Below, piece by piece: positions 39,001 to 53,000 of a stretch of DNA of 64,000 nt. Origin of the DNA: Azolla caroliniana (taxonomy: Eukaryota > Plantae > Polypodiophyta); assembly GCA_043228905.1 (NCBI GenBank), contig JBHGNT010000010.1, positions 2,232,001 through 2,296,000 of the forward strand, given 5' to 3'. The notes beneath the pieces were generated by a model, which ran no database searches, was not told the origin of the DNA, and was given only the letters and a program-made list of their open reading frames with translations. The number at the start of each line of letters is the position of its first letter. Position 1 is the stretch's first letter. A program made the translations under genes and the position numbers.

Positions 39001-39571
39001 CGGACCCGTCTCTCAGCGCGGTCCGTTTCATCTTTCCTTAGCCATGCGCCGGCAAGACCTTCCAGCATTGCCGCCCAGAATCCGTCTTTGCCCTCCTTTC
39101 GGGCCTCGCTGCACCCGACCCGAATGCCGGCCGATGCCGAGTAGTGGATGGCTTCCACGTGTCGGGCCGCTGCCTCTTCCATCAGTCTCTTCATACCTCC
39201 TCGCCCGTCGTTTCGGTTCAGGGCCCTCCTGGTGTCGTCGGCGTGCACCCGGCCTTCCCACAGGTACACCACCCGGTTCCTCAACGCCTCTGCGAAATCG
39301 CCGCAGTCCTTCCGAATGTGGCCGACCTCGTCGCACCACATGCACCTGTTCCCCGCTGCCGGTCGTCGGTCACGAGCCGGTTCGCCGCCTTCCCTTCGAG
39401 TCTGGGCGATCTGGAGATCCTTTATCGCCCGCGTCAACTCCTCCAGCGCTGCTCCTCCGGACGAGCTACTGACCATGCCGGTCGAAGCCGGACCGGTTTC
39501 GAGCCATTCGCGGGTTTCTTCCCTTCGCACTTGCGGTGCCGGTTCGAGCCTCCTAGCTGTGACAGAGCCCG

Positions 39572-42500
39572 TGTTAAGAAAACGTGAAGAAGGCACTCGG
39601 GCTCTTCTTATGTGCGCGGCGGATCGTAGTGTGCTGGATCGTTAGCGTGCTCTAAACAGACAGAGAAAGGAAAGGGGACTTACCTCTGTAGTAGCAAAAT
39701 GGTTTTCTTCTATTACATGTAGAGCTCAACTTGCTCTCGTCAGTCTTCTGGTCTCTCACTCTCTCAGAGTTCTCTCTCACTATTCTCTGTTTTTTCTTAC
39801 TGCTTACTTCCTATTCACTCTCACTTACTTTTACCTAAGTCATAAGTTATTACACATGCAGCTAATTAGCTGCCAGTAGCTAATTAGCTGTCAGTCGCTA
39901 AATAGCTGTTCACTAGCTAATTAGCTGTCACTAGCTAAATAGTTGTTTTACCTTTTGTTCACTAGTAGCTAAATAGCTACTATAGCTTATTTCTCATAAG
40001 CATCACATACCATGTTGAGCTTGCTTCTCAACACTCCCCCTCAAGCTCAACTTATTCTTGCTTGAGGTTCTCTTCAATCTTCTTTTCCATTTTGCTTTTT
40101 AGCCATCTCATCAATGTTTACAACTCCCATCATGTTCCGAAACTGTGTATGTTTTTCCACACTCAATCCCTTTGTGAGAATATCAGCTACCTGCTGATTT
40201 GTATTCACATACACCAGATCAACTTCACCTTCCATCACTTTTTCTCTAACAAAGTGATAATGCACCTCAATGTGCTTTGTTCTTGCATGGAACACTGGGT
40301 TCTTTGCAAGCTGAATGCTGCTCATATTGTCACACCAGATTGTGACAGCACCATCTATATATACTCCCAGATCAGCAAGCAGTCTTCTGATCCATACTTC
40401 TTCACATGTGGCTATTGCAGCCCCTCTATACTCAGCTTCTGTACTGGACAATGCAACAGTAGCCTGTTTCTTGCTACTCCATGAAATTCCTGCACTTCCC
40501 AGGGTAAACATGTATCCACTTGTGGATCTCCTATCTGTTTGGCTTCCAGTCCAATCAACATCTGTATATCCTTCCAGATTTATGTCTAGATCAGCCCTGT
40601 AAAATAGTCCAAAGTTCTGAGTTGCTTTTACATACCTCAGAATCCTTCTGATGCAGTCCAAATGTGGCTTTGTTGGCTGTTGCATAAACTGGCTGACTAA
40701 TCCAACAGCATAGCTCAAATCAGGTCTTGTTATGGTCAAATAAATAAGGCTGCCCACCATAGACCTGTACATGTTTACATCTTCTATCTTGGCTCCCAAA
40801 TCAGCCCTCAACTTGCAGTTTTTATCAAGTGGTACAGCAATAGGTTTGCATCCAAGCATACCATACTTTTTCAACATAGTTGTTGCATACTGTTTTTGCA
40901 ACATACATATACCACTTTCAGATCTGATGATTTCAATACCAAGAAAATATCTCAGATCTCCCAAATCTTTCATATGAAACTGCATTTCCAGATTTTTTTT
41001 CAACTTTCTTATTTCATCCACGGAATCTCCTCCAATAATCAAATCATCTACATAAATCAGAATAATAACAATGCAATCATTTTCACTTTTTACATACAAA
41101 GAAGGATCAGCTTTTGACATTTTGAAACCAAGATTTTTCAGAGAATCTGAAAGTTCTCTGTGCCATGCTCTTGGTGCCTGTTTCAGTCCATAGAGAGCTT
41201 TTTTCAGCTTACATACATAATCAGGATGTTTCTTATCTTCAAAACCTGGTGGTTGACTCATATACACTTCTTCTTCCAAGTTACCATGTAAAAAAGCATT
41301 TTTTACATCCATGTGATGCAAAATCCATTTTCTGGTTGCTCCTACAGCAAGTAGTGTTCTCAAGGTTGCCATCTTTGCAACCGGTGCAAAAGTCTCATCA
41401 TAATCAATCCCTTGCATCTGAGCATATCCTTTTGCAACCAATCTTGCTTTATGTCTACTTACATTCCCATTGGAGTCATGCTTTGTCTTGTAGACCCATT
41501 TGCAGCCTACCACATTTTTCTCTTTTGGTAACTTCACTAAATCCCACGTTTTGTTCTCAGCCAATGCATCAATCTCTTCTTGCATTGCATCCATCCATTT
41601 CTTCTCAAATTTTGCTTCTTCAAAGCTGTTTGGGTCAGGGATCTGTACCACCTTAGACATATATGCATAGTGCATAGCCATATATGTATCATACCCAAAT
41701 CTTTCCACAGTCTTTTTCTCTCTATCTGATCTTCTCAGTTTCTGATTTGCATTCTTTATTTCCTTTTCCATACCAGGGATTTTCATTTCCTGTATTCCAA
41801 GGAAATCATCCAAAGACATATCTGAATCTTCATCTTCCATGTTTTTTGATAGGTCATCTGGGATTTCATACTCTGGCATTTTCTGTTTTCCTTTTTTGTC
41901 ATCAGATTTTTTCTGTCCAGTTTTTCCACTCCATGAATTTGAATCAGATTTACCATCTGAGCTTTTTGATGGTCCAGAACATTCTGTTGATGTTGGACTT
42001 TGCTGTCCAACCTTGTCTCCATCTCTGTGACAGTCTTCTACATTTTCTGATCTGTCTTTGTCTTCATTTTGACAGTCTTCATCAGTCTCTAGATTCTGTT
42101 TTGGGCTGTACCAACTAGCCAACTCATCAAATATCACATCTCGACTTGTCACAATCTTTTTAGTCACAGGGTTATAACATCTGTACCCTTTTTGTTCTTC
42201 TGAATATCCAACAAAGATACATTTTTCTGCTTTTGGATCCAACTTACTTCTTACTTCTGCAGGCACATGTACATATGCAAGGCATCCAAACACTTTCAAG
42301 TGTTGTAAGCTAGGCTTCCTGCCATAAAAACACTCTTCAGGAGTTGCCTCATGTACTCCTGATGTAATACATCTATTTAAAATGTAATTTGCTGTATTTA
42401 CAACTTCTGCCCAATAGTATAATGGCATGTTCTTCTCAGTCATCATTGCCCTTGCTATGTTCACCAAAGTTCTATTTTTCCTCTCAGCAACTCCATTTTG

Positions 42501-45008
42501 CTGTGGAGTATATCGGCATGTGAACTGTCTTCTTATTCCCTGATTACACAAAAAATCAGAAAATTCATTGGAGAAATACTCTCCTCCTCCATCAGATCTC
42601 AAACATTTTATCCTTGTACCAGCCTGCTTTTCTACCATGCATTTAAACTTACAAAAACAGTCAAATACTTCACTTTTCTCCTTCATGAAGTACACCCATG
42701 TCTTCCGTGAACAATCATCAATAAATGTAACATAAAATCTGCATCCACCAATAGATGCATTCTTTGTTGGTCCCCATACATCTGTATGTACCAAATCCAA
42801 CAGGTTTTTGCTTACATGTCTTTCATGAGGGAATGGCAACCTGTTTTGCTTACCATATTGACATGCTTCACATACTTTTCCCATTTCACACTTTTTCAAG
42901 TTTGGCAGTCCAGCCACTGCATCTTTTCTCAACATATTCTTTAGGGTTTGCATACTTATGTGGCCAATCCTTTTATGCCACATTTCCACATCTGAGATTA
43001 CACTCGTTCCATTTGCAAACATGGCTGAAATCTGTTTGGGCATTTCTACATCCAAGATAAACATTCTTCCTTGTCTCTTCCCTTTTGCAATGAGCTTCCC
43101 ATTCTTTTCTATATAGCATCCACTTGGCTTAAACTTTACTTGCATACCTTGCTCTACAATCTGTCCAACAGAAATCAGATTGTTAGCAAGGTTTGGAACA
43201 TGCATCACATTCAACATATACTTGGTTTTTCCTCTTTCTTCCCACAATGGGATATCTCCAACATGTTTTATTTGGTGAGTTGTGTCATCACCTGTTTGTA
43301 CATAACCAGGAACCTCTAGTTCTCTTAAACTCTCAAACCAATTTGCATGTCCAGTCATATGGTTAGATGCCCCCGAGTCTACATACCACGTAAACTCTTC
43401 ATTACATTTCTGTGAGCTTTCAGCCACTGCTGCTATCTCATGTTGCACTACAAAACCACCTTCCTTTTCACAATCTTCACTAGTAGAGGCATAGTTACTC
43501 TATTGTCCTTTTCCTCTTTTCTCATCATTTTGTTTCTTGTAACATTCAGCCTGTGTATGGCCTGGTTTACCACAATACCAGCAGCCATCATCATTTACAT
43601 AAGTTTGCTTACCTCTACTTCGGTTGCTCCCCCTGCCTCTGTTGTTGTTTCCTCCTCTAATGGTTTGTTGTCCTCTTCCTTGATAACCATTATTGTGGGT
43701 TCTTGCTGAGCCAAATCTTCCACGGCCTCTTCCTCGGCCTCTTCCGGCATTATTATAGAGGGCTTGCCCCTCGTTCTCTGAGTTTCCTTTATTTGCATCA
43801 TCCATCTGATTCCTTTCCTCTACCACAAGCATTGAGATCAGATCTGAAAAACTTGGGGTACTATCCCTTGTGAGCATAGAAGTTTTAAAACTCTTGTATT
43901 GAGGTCCTAAGCCTCTTAAGCATATTTCCACTTTGTCATCATCTTCTATCTTCACATTGATAGAAGCAAGTGACTCACATATACTCTTGATTTTTAGGGC
44001 ATATTCATTTATTGACATCTTACCTTTCTCCAAGGTATTTAGCTCAGTCTTTAACTGGAGCTTTCTAGCCTTTGTGTTCACAGCAAACAGTTTTACCAAG
44101 TTGTCCCAAGCTTCTTTTGGGAGCATAGCATCTTGTATATGCCCAAGCATTGAATCTGAGATGCTGAGTGATAGCCAGTGCATTACTTTCCTTGCCCCTT
44201 GATTCCAATCTTTAAATGCCTTAATATGTGCAGCTGTTGCATTCTCTTCTGGGATCTCTGGAGCCTCTTCTAGGTCTCCTTCAATGTAATCCCAGTATCC
44301 TTTCCCCATCAGAAAGTTTGTCATTCTGAATTTCCACGCCGGGAAATTGTTTTTATCTAGTTTCTCTGTGACCATTTGGCCTACATTCTCTGCAGCCATT
44401 TTTTTTTCCTTCCAAAAAAACCAGGGTTTTGCTTTAGTTACTTCAACAAGTAACTTTCTGATTTCTGATCAGCAACCAGAGAAATAACTTTCTCAGATTA
44501 AGGCACTGCTATACTCTTCCTTACGAGCTACTCTGCTCTGATACCATGTTAAGAAAACGTGAAGAAGGCACTCGAGCTCTTCTTATGTGCGCGGCGGATC
44601 GTAGTGTGTTGGATCGTTAGCGTGCTCTAAACAGACAGAGAAAGGAAAGGGGACTTACCTCTGTAGTAGCAAAATGGTTTTCTTCTATTACATGTAGAGC
44701 TCAACTTGCTCTCGTCAGTCTTCTGGTCTCTCACTCTCTCAGAGTTCTCTCTCACTATTCTCTGTTTTTTCTTACTGCTTACTTCCTATTCACTCTCACT
44801 TACTTTTACCTAAGTCATAAGTTATTACACATGCAGCTAATTAGCTGCCAGTAGCTAATTAGCTGTCAGTCGCTAAATAGCTGTTCACTAGCTAATTAGC
44901 TGTCACTAGCTAAATAGTTGTTTTACCTTTTGTTCACTAGTAGCTAAATAGCTACTATAGCTTATTTCTCATAAGCATCACATACCATGTTGAGCTTGCT
45001 TCTCAACA
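39572..45008 (-). mobile_element. Full-length young AT-rich Copia element E (5.4 kb)
   Basis: 462-bp LTRs 39572-40033 and 44547-45008 (2 mismatches seen); TSD GCCCG/GCCCA; PBS TGGTATCAGAGC 44535-44546; PPT complement CTCCCCCT from 40034. Confidence 0.96.
40074..44399 (-). pseudogene. gag-pol: Copia E gag-pol with one in-frame TAG
   Basis: ORFs 43500-44399 (gag, CWYCGKPGH) and 40074-43448 (WYVDSG, integrase, YVDD, RNase H) share a frame; junction CAA TAG AGT AAC TAT GCC. Confidence 0.9.
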
Positions 45009-47035
45009 GCCCACACCGGCCGCCCCGTTGTCAGCCCATTCTCGCCGTTTATCGAAACGGCCACAGACTCTCTTAACCGCAGCCCAGTCGGTTGTCAGCC
45101 CGTCCTTGGTTTCCAGCAAGGAGCCGACTTGGTCCCGGTCCCGCTCGTCCACCAACTTGACGAACAGTAGGACCCGGCTCGTATCCAGAACGGTTCGGTC
45201 AAGCGCCGAAAGGCGCGCAAAGCATTCTTCGAACTCCCGAAGGAGTGCCGTCGCGTTTCTTCCCTTGCCGGGGAACTCCACCCATTCCATGAAGTCCCTT
45301 TTCGAAAGCCGGAGCGCGTCGTCCAGCCCGTATTTTTCTAGGAGTCGGCCTTCGAACTCCTCCCAAGTACGGCTCTCCGCCCGCACCTCGAGCACCTCCG
45401 CATGGATGCTCGGCATCGCCACTCGAGGAAACCCGGCAAGACGCCTCTCTTCCGGAATGTCCCGCATCAGCATTTCTGCCCCGTAGGACGCCAAATACTT
45501 CGTGGCATCCTTTCCGCTGAACCGGCCGATCGTACCAACGACCGCCTCAATGGCTCTGTCGAGGGCGCCGGTGCCCTCGCGTGCACTCAATATCCGATCC
45601 ACAGCTGAAGCCATGGCCTCTGCAAAATCCGACCCTTTCATCTTCTGCTCTTCTACCGCCTCCTTCACGTCGGGTTCACCAAAGATGTCGAGGTATCCCT
45701 CGCGGATGCGTGGAATGAGGCGGGACCTCGGGGGTCCTGTACCGAAGAGCAAGAGGGAAAAGGAGAGGGGAAGAGACCCACAGGGTGCGAGCGTAGATTC
45801 ACAGGGACACGGCCCTTCGACACAGAAACGCGAGTGCGACAGCGACACAGAGAGACACGAATGTATGTAGAAAAATATATAAACAAGACAAACAACAAGC
45901 ACGAAGTCGGTTACTACCGAACAGGCCGGCGAACAGATGCTGATACCTGTTCGTAAACTCACAGAAAGGAAGGAGTAGGTTGGAGGTGCTGCCGGAAGCA
46001 CTCGGGCATTCCTCAGAGCAGCGCGAGCCTCCCGAAACCTGCACAGATGGAAGCTATGGAGTCTGCGAACCAGAGAGAGAGAGAGAGAAGCCTTCCCACC
46101 CAATCCGACAACACTTCGTCCTGGACTCCCCGCGATCCCCCGCCCCTCCTCGTCTCCCTCCTTTTATAGGCAAGGAAGGAGCCGTTTCCCCTTTACTTCC
46201 TACCTACCGAATCTACCTAGGATCTCCTATGTACAACATAAGGCGCACGTGCATGAAGAGTCGGTTCCTACGCTCCGGTACACCGATTCCGCTTGTGGAC
46301 GGTTTTCTTCACGACAACGTATTGTAGAATTCTCTTAGCGCAATCCAAGTGAGTATCATGCGGTGTTTGCATGAATTGGCTAAGGAGACCGAACGGATAA
46401 CAGATATCAGGTCATGTGATCGTGAGGTAGATGAGACTCCCGATGAGTTGCCGATACTGAGTCGGCTCACACGATTTGGTGCCGTAGTTCGCATCCAGTT
46501 TGAGATTGTAATCAAGCGGGGTTGCCGCAGATTTACACTCAGTCATCTGGAACTTGTATAACAAGTTGAGGATGTAGTGCCGTTGAGAGATCATGATTCC
46601 GGCCGGAGTCTGAATTACCTCGATGCCGAGGAAGTAGTGGAGCTCCTTCATGTCCGTCATCTCGAACTTGTCGAAAGTTTCTTTGGTGCGTACCAGAATG
46701 CGGATTCGTCAGAAACGACGTCTCGACTTACTCGAGATTTTCAAGTTGAGGGGTTGTAGCACTTGTACTCCTTTTGCTCCAGTGAGTATCCTACGAGGAT
46801 ACATTTCTCTGACTTTGGGTCAAACTTTTGGCGCTTCTCGTCGGGGATGTGCACATATGTTATCGCGCCGAATATTCGGATGTGCGATAAGTCCGGCTTC
46901 TTTCCGAAGTATTTTTCGTGTGGAGTGACCTCGTGCATGCCGGATGTTGTGCACCGGTTCATTAGGTAGACGACCGTATTTGCAGCTTCGGCCCAACATG
47001 ACTTGGGCATATGCTTCTTGTTCATCATGGCCCGC

Positions 47036-50000
47036 TGTTGTGAAGAAAACCGGGCATAGGCGGAATCGGAGAAAAAGGCGCATGAACCGGCTCTTACACG
47101 GATGGGCGCATATTTTGATATTTTGAACATGATTCATAAATAGAACGGTTGATGTAAATACTGCGTAGTACACATTTATTAGGGGATTGTGCGTATCTCT
47201 GCCAGAAGGGACAGGGAATAAAGTGATTTGACTAGGGAGGAAGGGCACCCCCTTTTGGGGAACTACTTAAGGAGAGGAGAGAAGGGAGAGAAGGGATCGT
47301 GCGTTGGCGAGGACGAAGTGCTGCTGCAGAACCGAGTGTCGGGCTCTCTCTCTCCTCAAATCGTCGTTCTTTGCGGGTGTCGGGAGTTCGCTGCCTTTGC
47401 TTCGTGGACAACCTGTGTGCTTCCAACAGAGTTTCTCTCCTTCCCTTTTCCCCCCTTTTTGTTTCTTTGAGTCGTGTGGCTGTCGTCGGTGTGCGTGAGT
47501 AGAACCCCGTGTCGGGTCCATTACCAGGTTGCCGGTTGTAAGCTGTTGACTATAGTAATTAGATTCCTGTTTTCCTTGCTCTTAATCTCTCTGTGTGTAC
47601 TTGCATCTCTCTCTCTCTCTCTCCTTGGTCCGAGACCCCCGCGGTCCCGCCTCTTTCTACACGCACGCGCGTAACAACGTGACATATTTGGTGAACCCGA
47701 CGTGAAAGGGCGGCAAAGGAGTCGAAAGATGAGGGGATCAGAGCTAGCAGAGGCAATGGCGATAGCCATCGACCAGCTGGTAAGCGCTTGGGAGGGGACG
47801 GGTGCCCTCGACAGAGCCATTGAATCGATCGTCGGCACTATAGGCTGGTTCGGAGGGAAAGACGCCCCAAGTTATTTGGAGGTCTACCGGGCCGAAATGA
47901 TCATGAGGGATATCCCGGTGGACAGGCGGCTGTCTGGATTCCCTCGGGTAGTGACGCCGGGCATCCACACGGAGGTGCTCGAGGTGCTGGTCGGATGCCA
48001 GACTTGGGAGGAGTTCGAGTTGCAGCTCCTCGAGAAGTACGGGTTTAACGACTCATTTCGACTGTCGAGGTGGGACTTCATGGCGTGGGTGGAAAGCCCC
48101 GGAAAAGGGAGTAACATGTCGGTGCTCCTCGAGGAGTTCAAAAAACGGTTTGCGCGGTTGTCGACGCTGGACTGAACGGTGCTCGAAACGAGTCGAGTAC
48201 TATTGTTTGTCAAGTCGGTGGACGTGCTCGACAGGGAAAAGGTGGGTCCCCTATTGGAAACGGACGAAGGACTCACAGCAGACTGGGCCGTGGTAAAGCG
48301 GGTCTGCAGCCGTTTCGACAAATGACGCAATTGGAGCGACGGAAGCTTGTCCGGGTCAGGGCCGGTCCCGGGAAGGGGGCTCGAGGAGCCGGTATCGATG
48401 TCAGCCGGTAGGAAGGAAGAGACCCGAATCTGGCCAGAGTCGGGGTCGGCATCGAAGGACGTGGTCAGAGGCCCATCCGGAGGAGCGGCTCTGGAGGAAC
48501 TGACACAGATGGTGCGCGACCTGTAGATCGCACAGGCCCGGAGAGACAACAACGAACAACCTTGCGACTGGAGGCCGCCGGCTGGGCAACGGTGCATGTG
48601 GTGTGACGCGATCGGTCACATTCAGAAGGATTGCGTGGATTTCGCCAACGCGCTCAGGGCCAACGTGGTGTACCTCTGGAACAGGCGGGTGCATGCGAGC
48701 GAGACCCGGAGAGCCCTAGAGCTAAATACGGGGCGCGACGGAATGAAGAGGTTGATGGAAGAGGCCGCGACACAACACGTTGAAGCCGTTAACTACTCAG
48801 TGTCAGCGGGAATTCGGGTCGGGGGTGATGAAACCTGGAAGGCGAAGGACTCTGGATTCTGGCCACTAGTGCTAGAAGGCCTCTCCGGAGTTCGGCTGAA
48901 GAAGGAAGAGGCGGACCACGTGGAACAGCGGGTCGAGGAGGTCACCGGTTGGGACGATCTGGTCGAAGAGAAAACGGGCTTCGTAGAAACCACTTGCCAG
49001 AACTACGAGGTTCTGGTGGAAGACAAACGGGCAGGAAAGGCCAGAGGGGTCGGTCCCCCGCAGAGGTACGAGACTCAGTTCGGACCGAAACCGACCGGTG
49101 CCGGCAACCCAGGCGCGCCGGACGGGAAGAAGCAGGCGGGGTTTCGATTGAGCACCGAAATCGAGAGAGCAACGGACCTACGGAAGGTCCTTGAAGAGCG
49201 GATCCTCGACAGTAAAGTGGAGCTATCGTTGCAGGAGGTGTTGGGAATCGCCAAGAGGGAGTTCCACGACTCCATCGTAGACTTGGTGAAGCGGAAGAGG
49301 CTCTCGACGGAGCCAGAACTGGAGAAGCCGGTGGAGGTGTGGACTAAGCACTTAGAAGACGCGGCCCTAGAAGACAAGTTGGCGGAAAGCAACTACGCGA
49401 AGCCGCATTGGGCCAGGGCAACTACGGAAACCCCTGTGAGGATCGGCGATGTTCCGGAACCGGTGGTGGCCTTGGTAGACCATGGATCTGAAATGAACCT
49501 GATGTCCATGGATTTCTACAAGAGGGCTAAATGGCCAATCAACACCAAGCATGGGTGGAAGATATGCGCGGCGACGCGTGCTACGGAGGAGTTGCATGGT
49601 GCGTGCCCGAATATACGCGTAAAGGTCGGTGACGTCGAGATAGATCAATATTTCTTCGTGTAGGAAACATCCTCGCACCTGGTGATTCTCGACGAACCAT
49701 ACATTAATGCAGCACGCATGGAAACGAAGTTGCTGGACAACGGTTCGGCGTACGCGCACGTCAAGAGCCAGTACGGTCGGCATTCCGTCCAATTCATGAC
49801 CGTACGTCTGAACCATGAGAGGAATCGCGAGACTCTCGGCGGCGATAGCCGAGGGGATGTTTAGAAAGGGCTATCAAGGCATTGGGCCGCGGTAGTCCGG
49901 ACATACCGGAAGAACCCCACACATGTACAGTAGGTAGGAAGTTTTGGTTCTCTGAAAAAGGGGGTTGTACTATAGCCGGCGTCAGCGGCCGGGAGAGGAA

Positions 50001-53000
50001 GCGAGCGGAGGAGTGGCTCAGGGGATGCAGAGTCCTCTCCCCCGACGAAGAGATCAGCGGCGCCGTGGAGACGGTCTCTTTTAATGACACCTTGGGCGAG
50101 TTGCGAAAGGTGATCGGTGAAGACCTTAGAGAAGACCGGACCGTTCCAGTTAGTTCAATGGGAATGTACGAAGTCATCGCGGACTTCGGGGAAAGGATCG
50201 GGTCAGGTCGGACGGCCTGCGTGGATACAAAGTACAAGATTGTGGACTGGAAGGTGAGGCTAGTCGCGGCACCCTTGTCGGAGGGCAGCGAGGAGCGGAA
50301 AAAAGGGGTCACGTTGGACCCAAGTTTAGGGAATCCGGCTGGCATAGGGCACCAGTTCACCGACATAACGCTACGGGAGCTCAAGGTTGGTGGGGGTGGC
50401 TTTCTACTGCCGGCGGAGGAGGACAGGTTTCGGAGAATGCTCGGAAGGCATGGGAAAGCCTTCGCGTTCTCGCCGGAGGAGATAGGGTGCGTCGACCCGA
50501 CGATCGTCGAACCGATGGTGATCTTCACGGTACCGCATGTATCGTGGAATCTCAAACCGATTCCAGTGCCGAGAGCTCACATCCCGAAGTTGATGGAGCT
50601 TCTGAAGCAAAAGGTGGAGATGGGCATCCTCGAGCCGTCGAGTGCCCCGTATTCGAATCGGTGGTTTACGGTGCCAAAGAAGAATGGCACGCTGCGCTTC
50701 ATTCAGGACCTGCAATTGGTCAACAAGGTGACCATCCGTAATGCAGGAATCGGACCGACCATAGACGAGTTCACGGAGGCCTTCGCTGGAAGGTCGATCT
50801 ATTCGGTCGGTGACTTATACTCAGGGTACGACCAGTTCCAGCTAGCCGTGGAGAGCAGGGATATCACAACAATGCGAACCCCCCTGGGCCTAGCACGGAT
50901 GTGTACCCTACCACAAGGCGGGACGAATTCGGTGGCGCATATGGTGAACGCAATGAACAAGGTATTGAGGGACTGCATCCCGGACATCACCATGCCATTC
51001 TTGGACGATATCCCGATAAAGGGGTGTCCAGTGGATGACGCGGACGAGACTGTCAGGCCAGACGGATGCCGGAGGTTCGTCGTGAACCACATCAACGACT
51101 GCCGTAAGGTGCTGCAGAAGCTCGAAAACGTATGACTCACCTTCTCCGGAGAAAAATCGGCGTTCGGGCAATCGGAGACTAAAGGAGGCGCTTACGGTAG
51201 CACCGGCTCTCCGTAAATCGGTTTACGGCAAGGATGTCCCCATTTGCGTGACGGTGGATACGAGCCCGACCGGGATCGGGTGGGTAATCAGTCAGGAGGA
51301 CAAGGACGGCGTATGATTCCCGATCCGGTTCGGGGCAAAGGTATTGAGCGAGCGGCAGCGAGGATACGCCCAAGTTAAGCGCGAGCTTTGGGGTATCGTT
51401 TCGGCAGTCAAGGCCGACAAGGACTATCTGATCTGGGCGGAGGTGATCATCGAGACGGACTGCCTACCGATACTCGGCATGGTTTCTGGATGCGCGACGC
51501 CGGACCTAACAATGCTCCGGTGGATAGCGTACATTAAGTTCCTGAACCCGGAGATACGGCACATCTTTGGAAAGGATAACGCCATGGCCGACATGCTTTC
51601 GAGAGCGAGGTTCAACGACGAAGACGGCATGGTTTCGGATGATGAAGAAGTCTGCGAGGACTTCTTCGGGTCGGCTAACGTAGCGACGAGGGAAAGGGAC
51701 ACTCCGGCGCTTAACGAATTTGACGAAAGTAGGTACGACGGGGAGTGGCTCCAAATCGGGAGGTTCCTACGGACGATGACGCCGGACGCAGCATGGACGA
51801 GAGAAGAGGCGAGCCGGGTACGGAAGAAGGCGTAGCGATTCTTCCTGCGGGACAAGTGCATATGGAGGCACCCAAAGAAGACAAACGGCATCCCGCTCCG
51901 AGTAGTCGCGAAGAAAGAAGAACAGGAGGAACTACTGGCGGCATTTCACGAGAGTCCCTGGGCCGGGCACCGCAGGACGTGGGCCACATTCGAGAAGCTG
52001 AAGGAGAAGTACTGGTGGCCGGGGTTGTACCAGGACGTGCATCGGTTCGTGACGACCTGCGAAAGCTGTCAGATGCACTCCGTAGTCTGACATCGGGATG
52101 AGTTACACCCGACTTACCCACCTGCGGTCCATTTCAAGTGGATGGTGGACTTGGTGACGATGCCAATGGAAGTGGGACAGATGCGATACCTGGTGCTTGC
52201 GCGAGAAGACTTAACGAACCAGGTGGAAGGCCGTGCACTGCAGAACAAGACAACCGCGGCGGTATGCCGGTTCTTGATCGAAGAGGTAGTGTGTCGGTAT
52301 GGGTGCGTCGGGCGGATCGTGGCGGACTTGGGAGAGCTGGATGCGCGGGAAGCTGAGGAGCTATTCGACCGGCTAGGCGTTAAACTCTCCCTCACTACGG
52401 CGTACAATCCGGAGGCGAACGGGAAGGTAGAACGTGGGCACGGGCCGATCGTAAAGGCGTTGGTGTGTGCATGCGGAGGGCAAGTCAGGAATTGGCCGCG
52501 GCTCCTTCCTTACGCACTATGGGCGGACCGAACTACGCACAGTTCAGTGACAGGGTTTATGCCGGCAGAGCTGATGTACGGATAGAAACCAATCATGCCG
52601 GTGGAACGAACGGTTTCTTCATGGGCGGCGGTAGATTGGAAGGACAAGATGAGCCAGGAGGAGTTGTTGGCGGCGCGGATTTGGCAACTCGGGCGGAGGC
52701 TAGAGGACGTGAAACAAGCGAAGGAGAAGCTGCGGGTGGCAAGGGAGCGGAACAAGGCCCGGTTCAGCCGGACGCACCGGTTGCAACCAAAGAAGATCGA
52801 GGAAGGCGACTGGGGCTTGGTATACGACAGCCGCCTCGACAATCAGCACAAGGTGGTGCGAAAATTCTCTAGAAGATAGTTCGGGCCCTACACGGTGACG
52901 AGCGCGAATGACAACGGCACGTACCACCTCGCGGAACTCGACGGGACACGGTTAGCGGTGCCGGTGGCCGGGAAGCGGATCAAAGCGTTCAAGAAGCGGT

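Larger units (their letters stand above)
34142..46316 (-). mobile_element. Gypsy family A, copy A3 (degenerate), containing Copia E
   Basis: LTRs 34142-34585 (internal deletion) and 45686-46316; 4-bp TSD ACGT; gag split by E; pol with stops and deletions. Confidence 0.93.

Noticed and set aside
43497-43505. Programmed stop readthrough between Copia E gag and pol
   Set aside because: The context TAG AGT AAC is not the CAR YYA readthrough motif, and Q-Q-S-N-Y-A is the expected sequence, so a CAG-to-TAG mutation is simpler
45003-46103. Gag translation starting inside the LTR and reading through the PBS (366-aa ORF)
   Set aside because: A1, A2 and A4 have an in-frame stop just inside the LTR end, so it is not conserved
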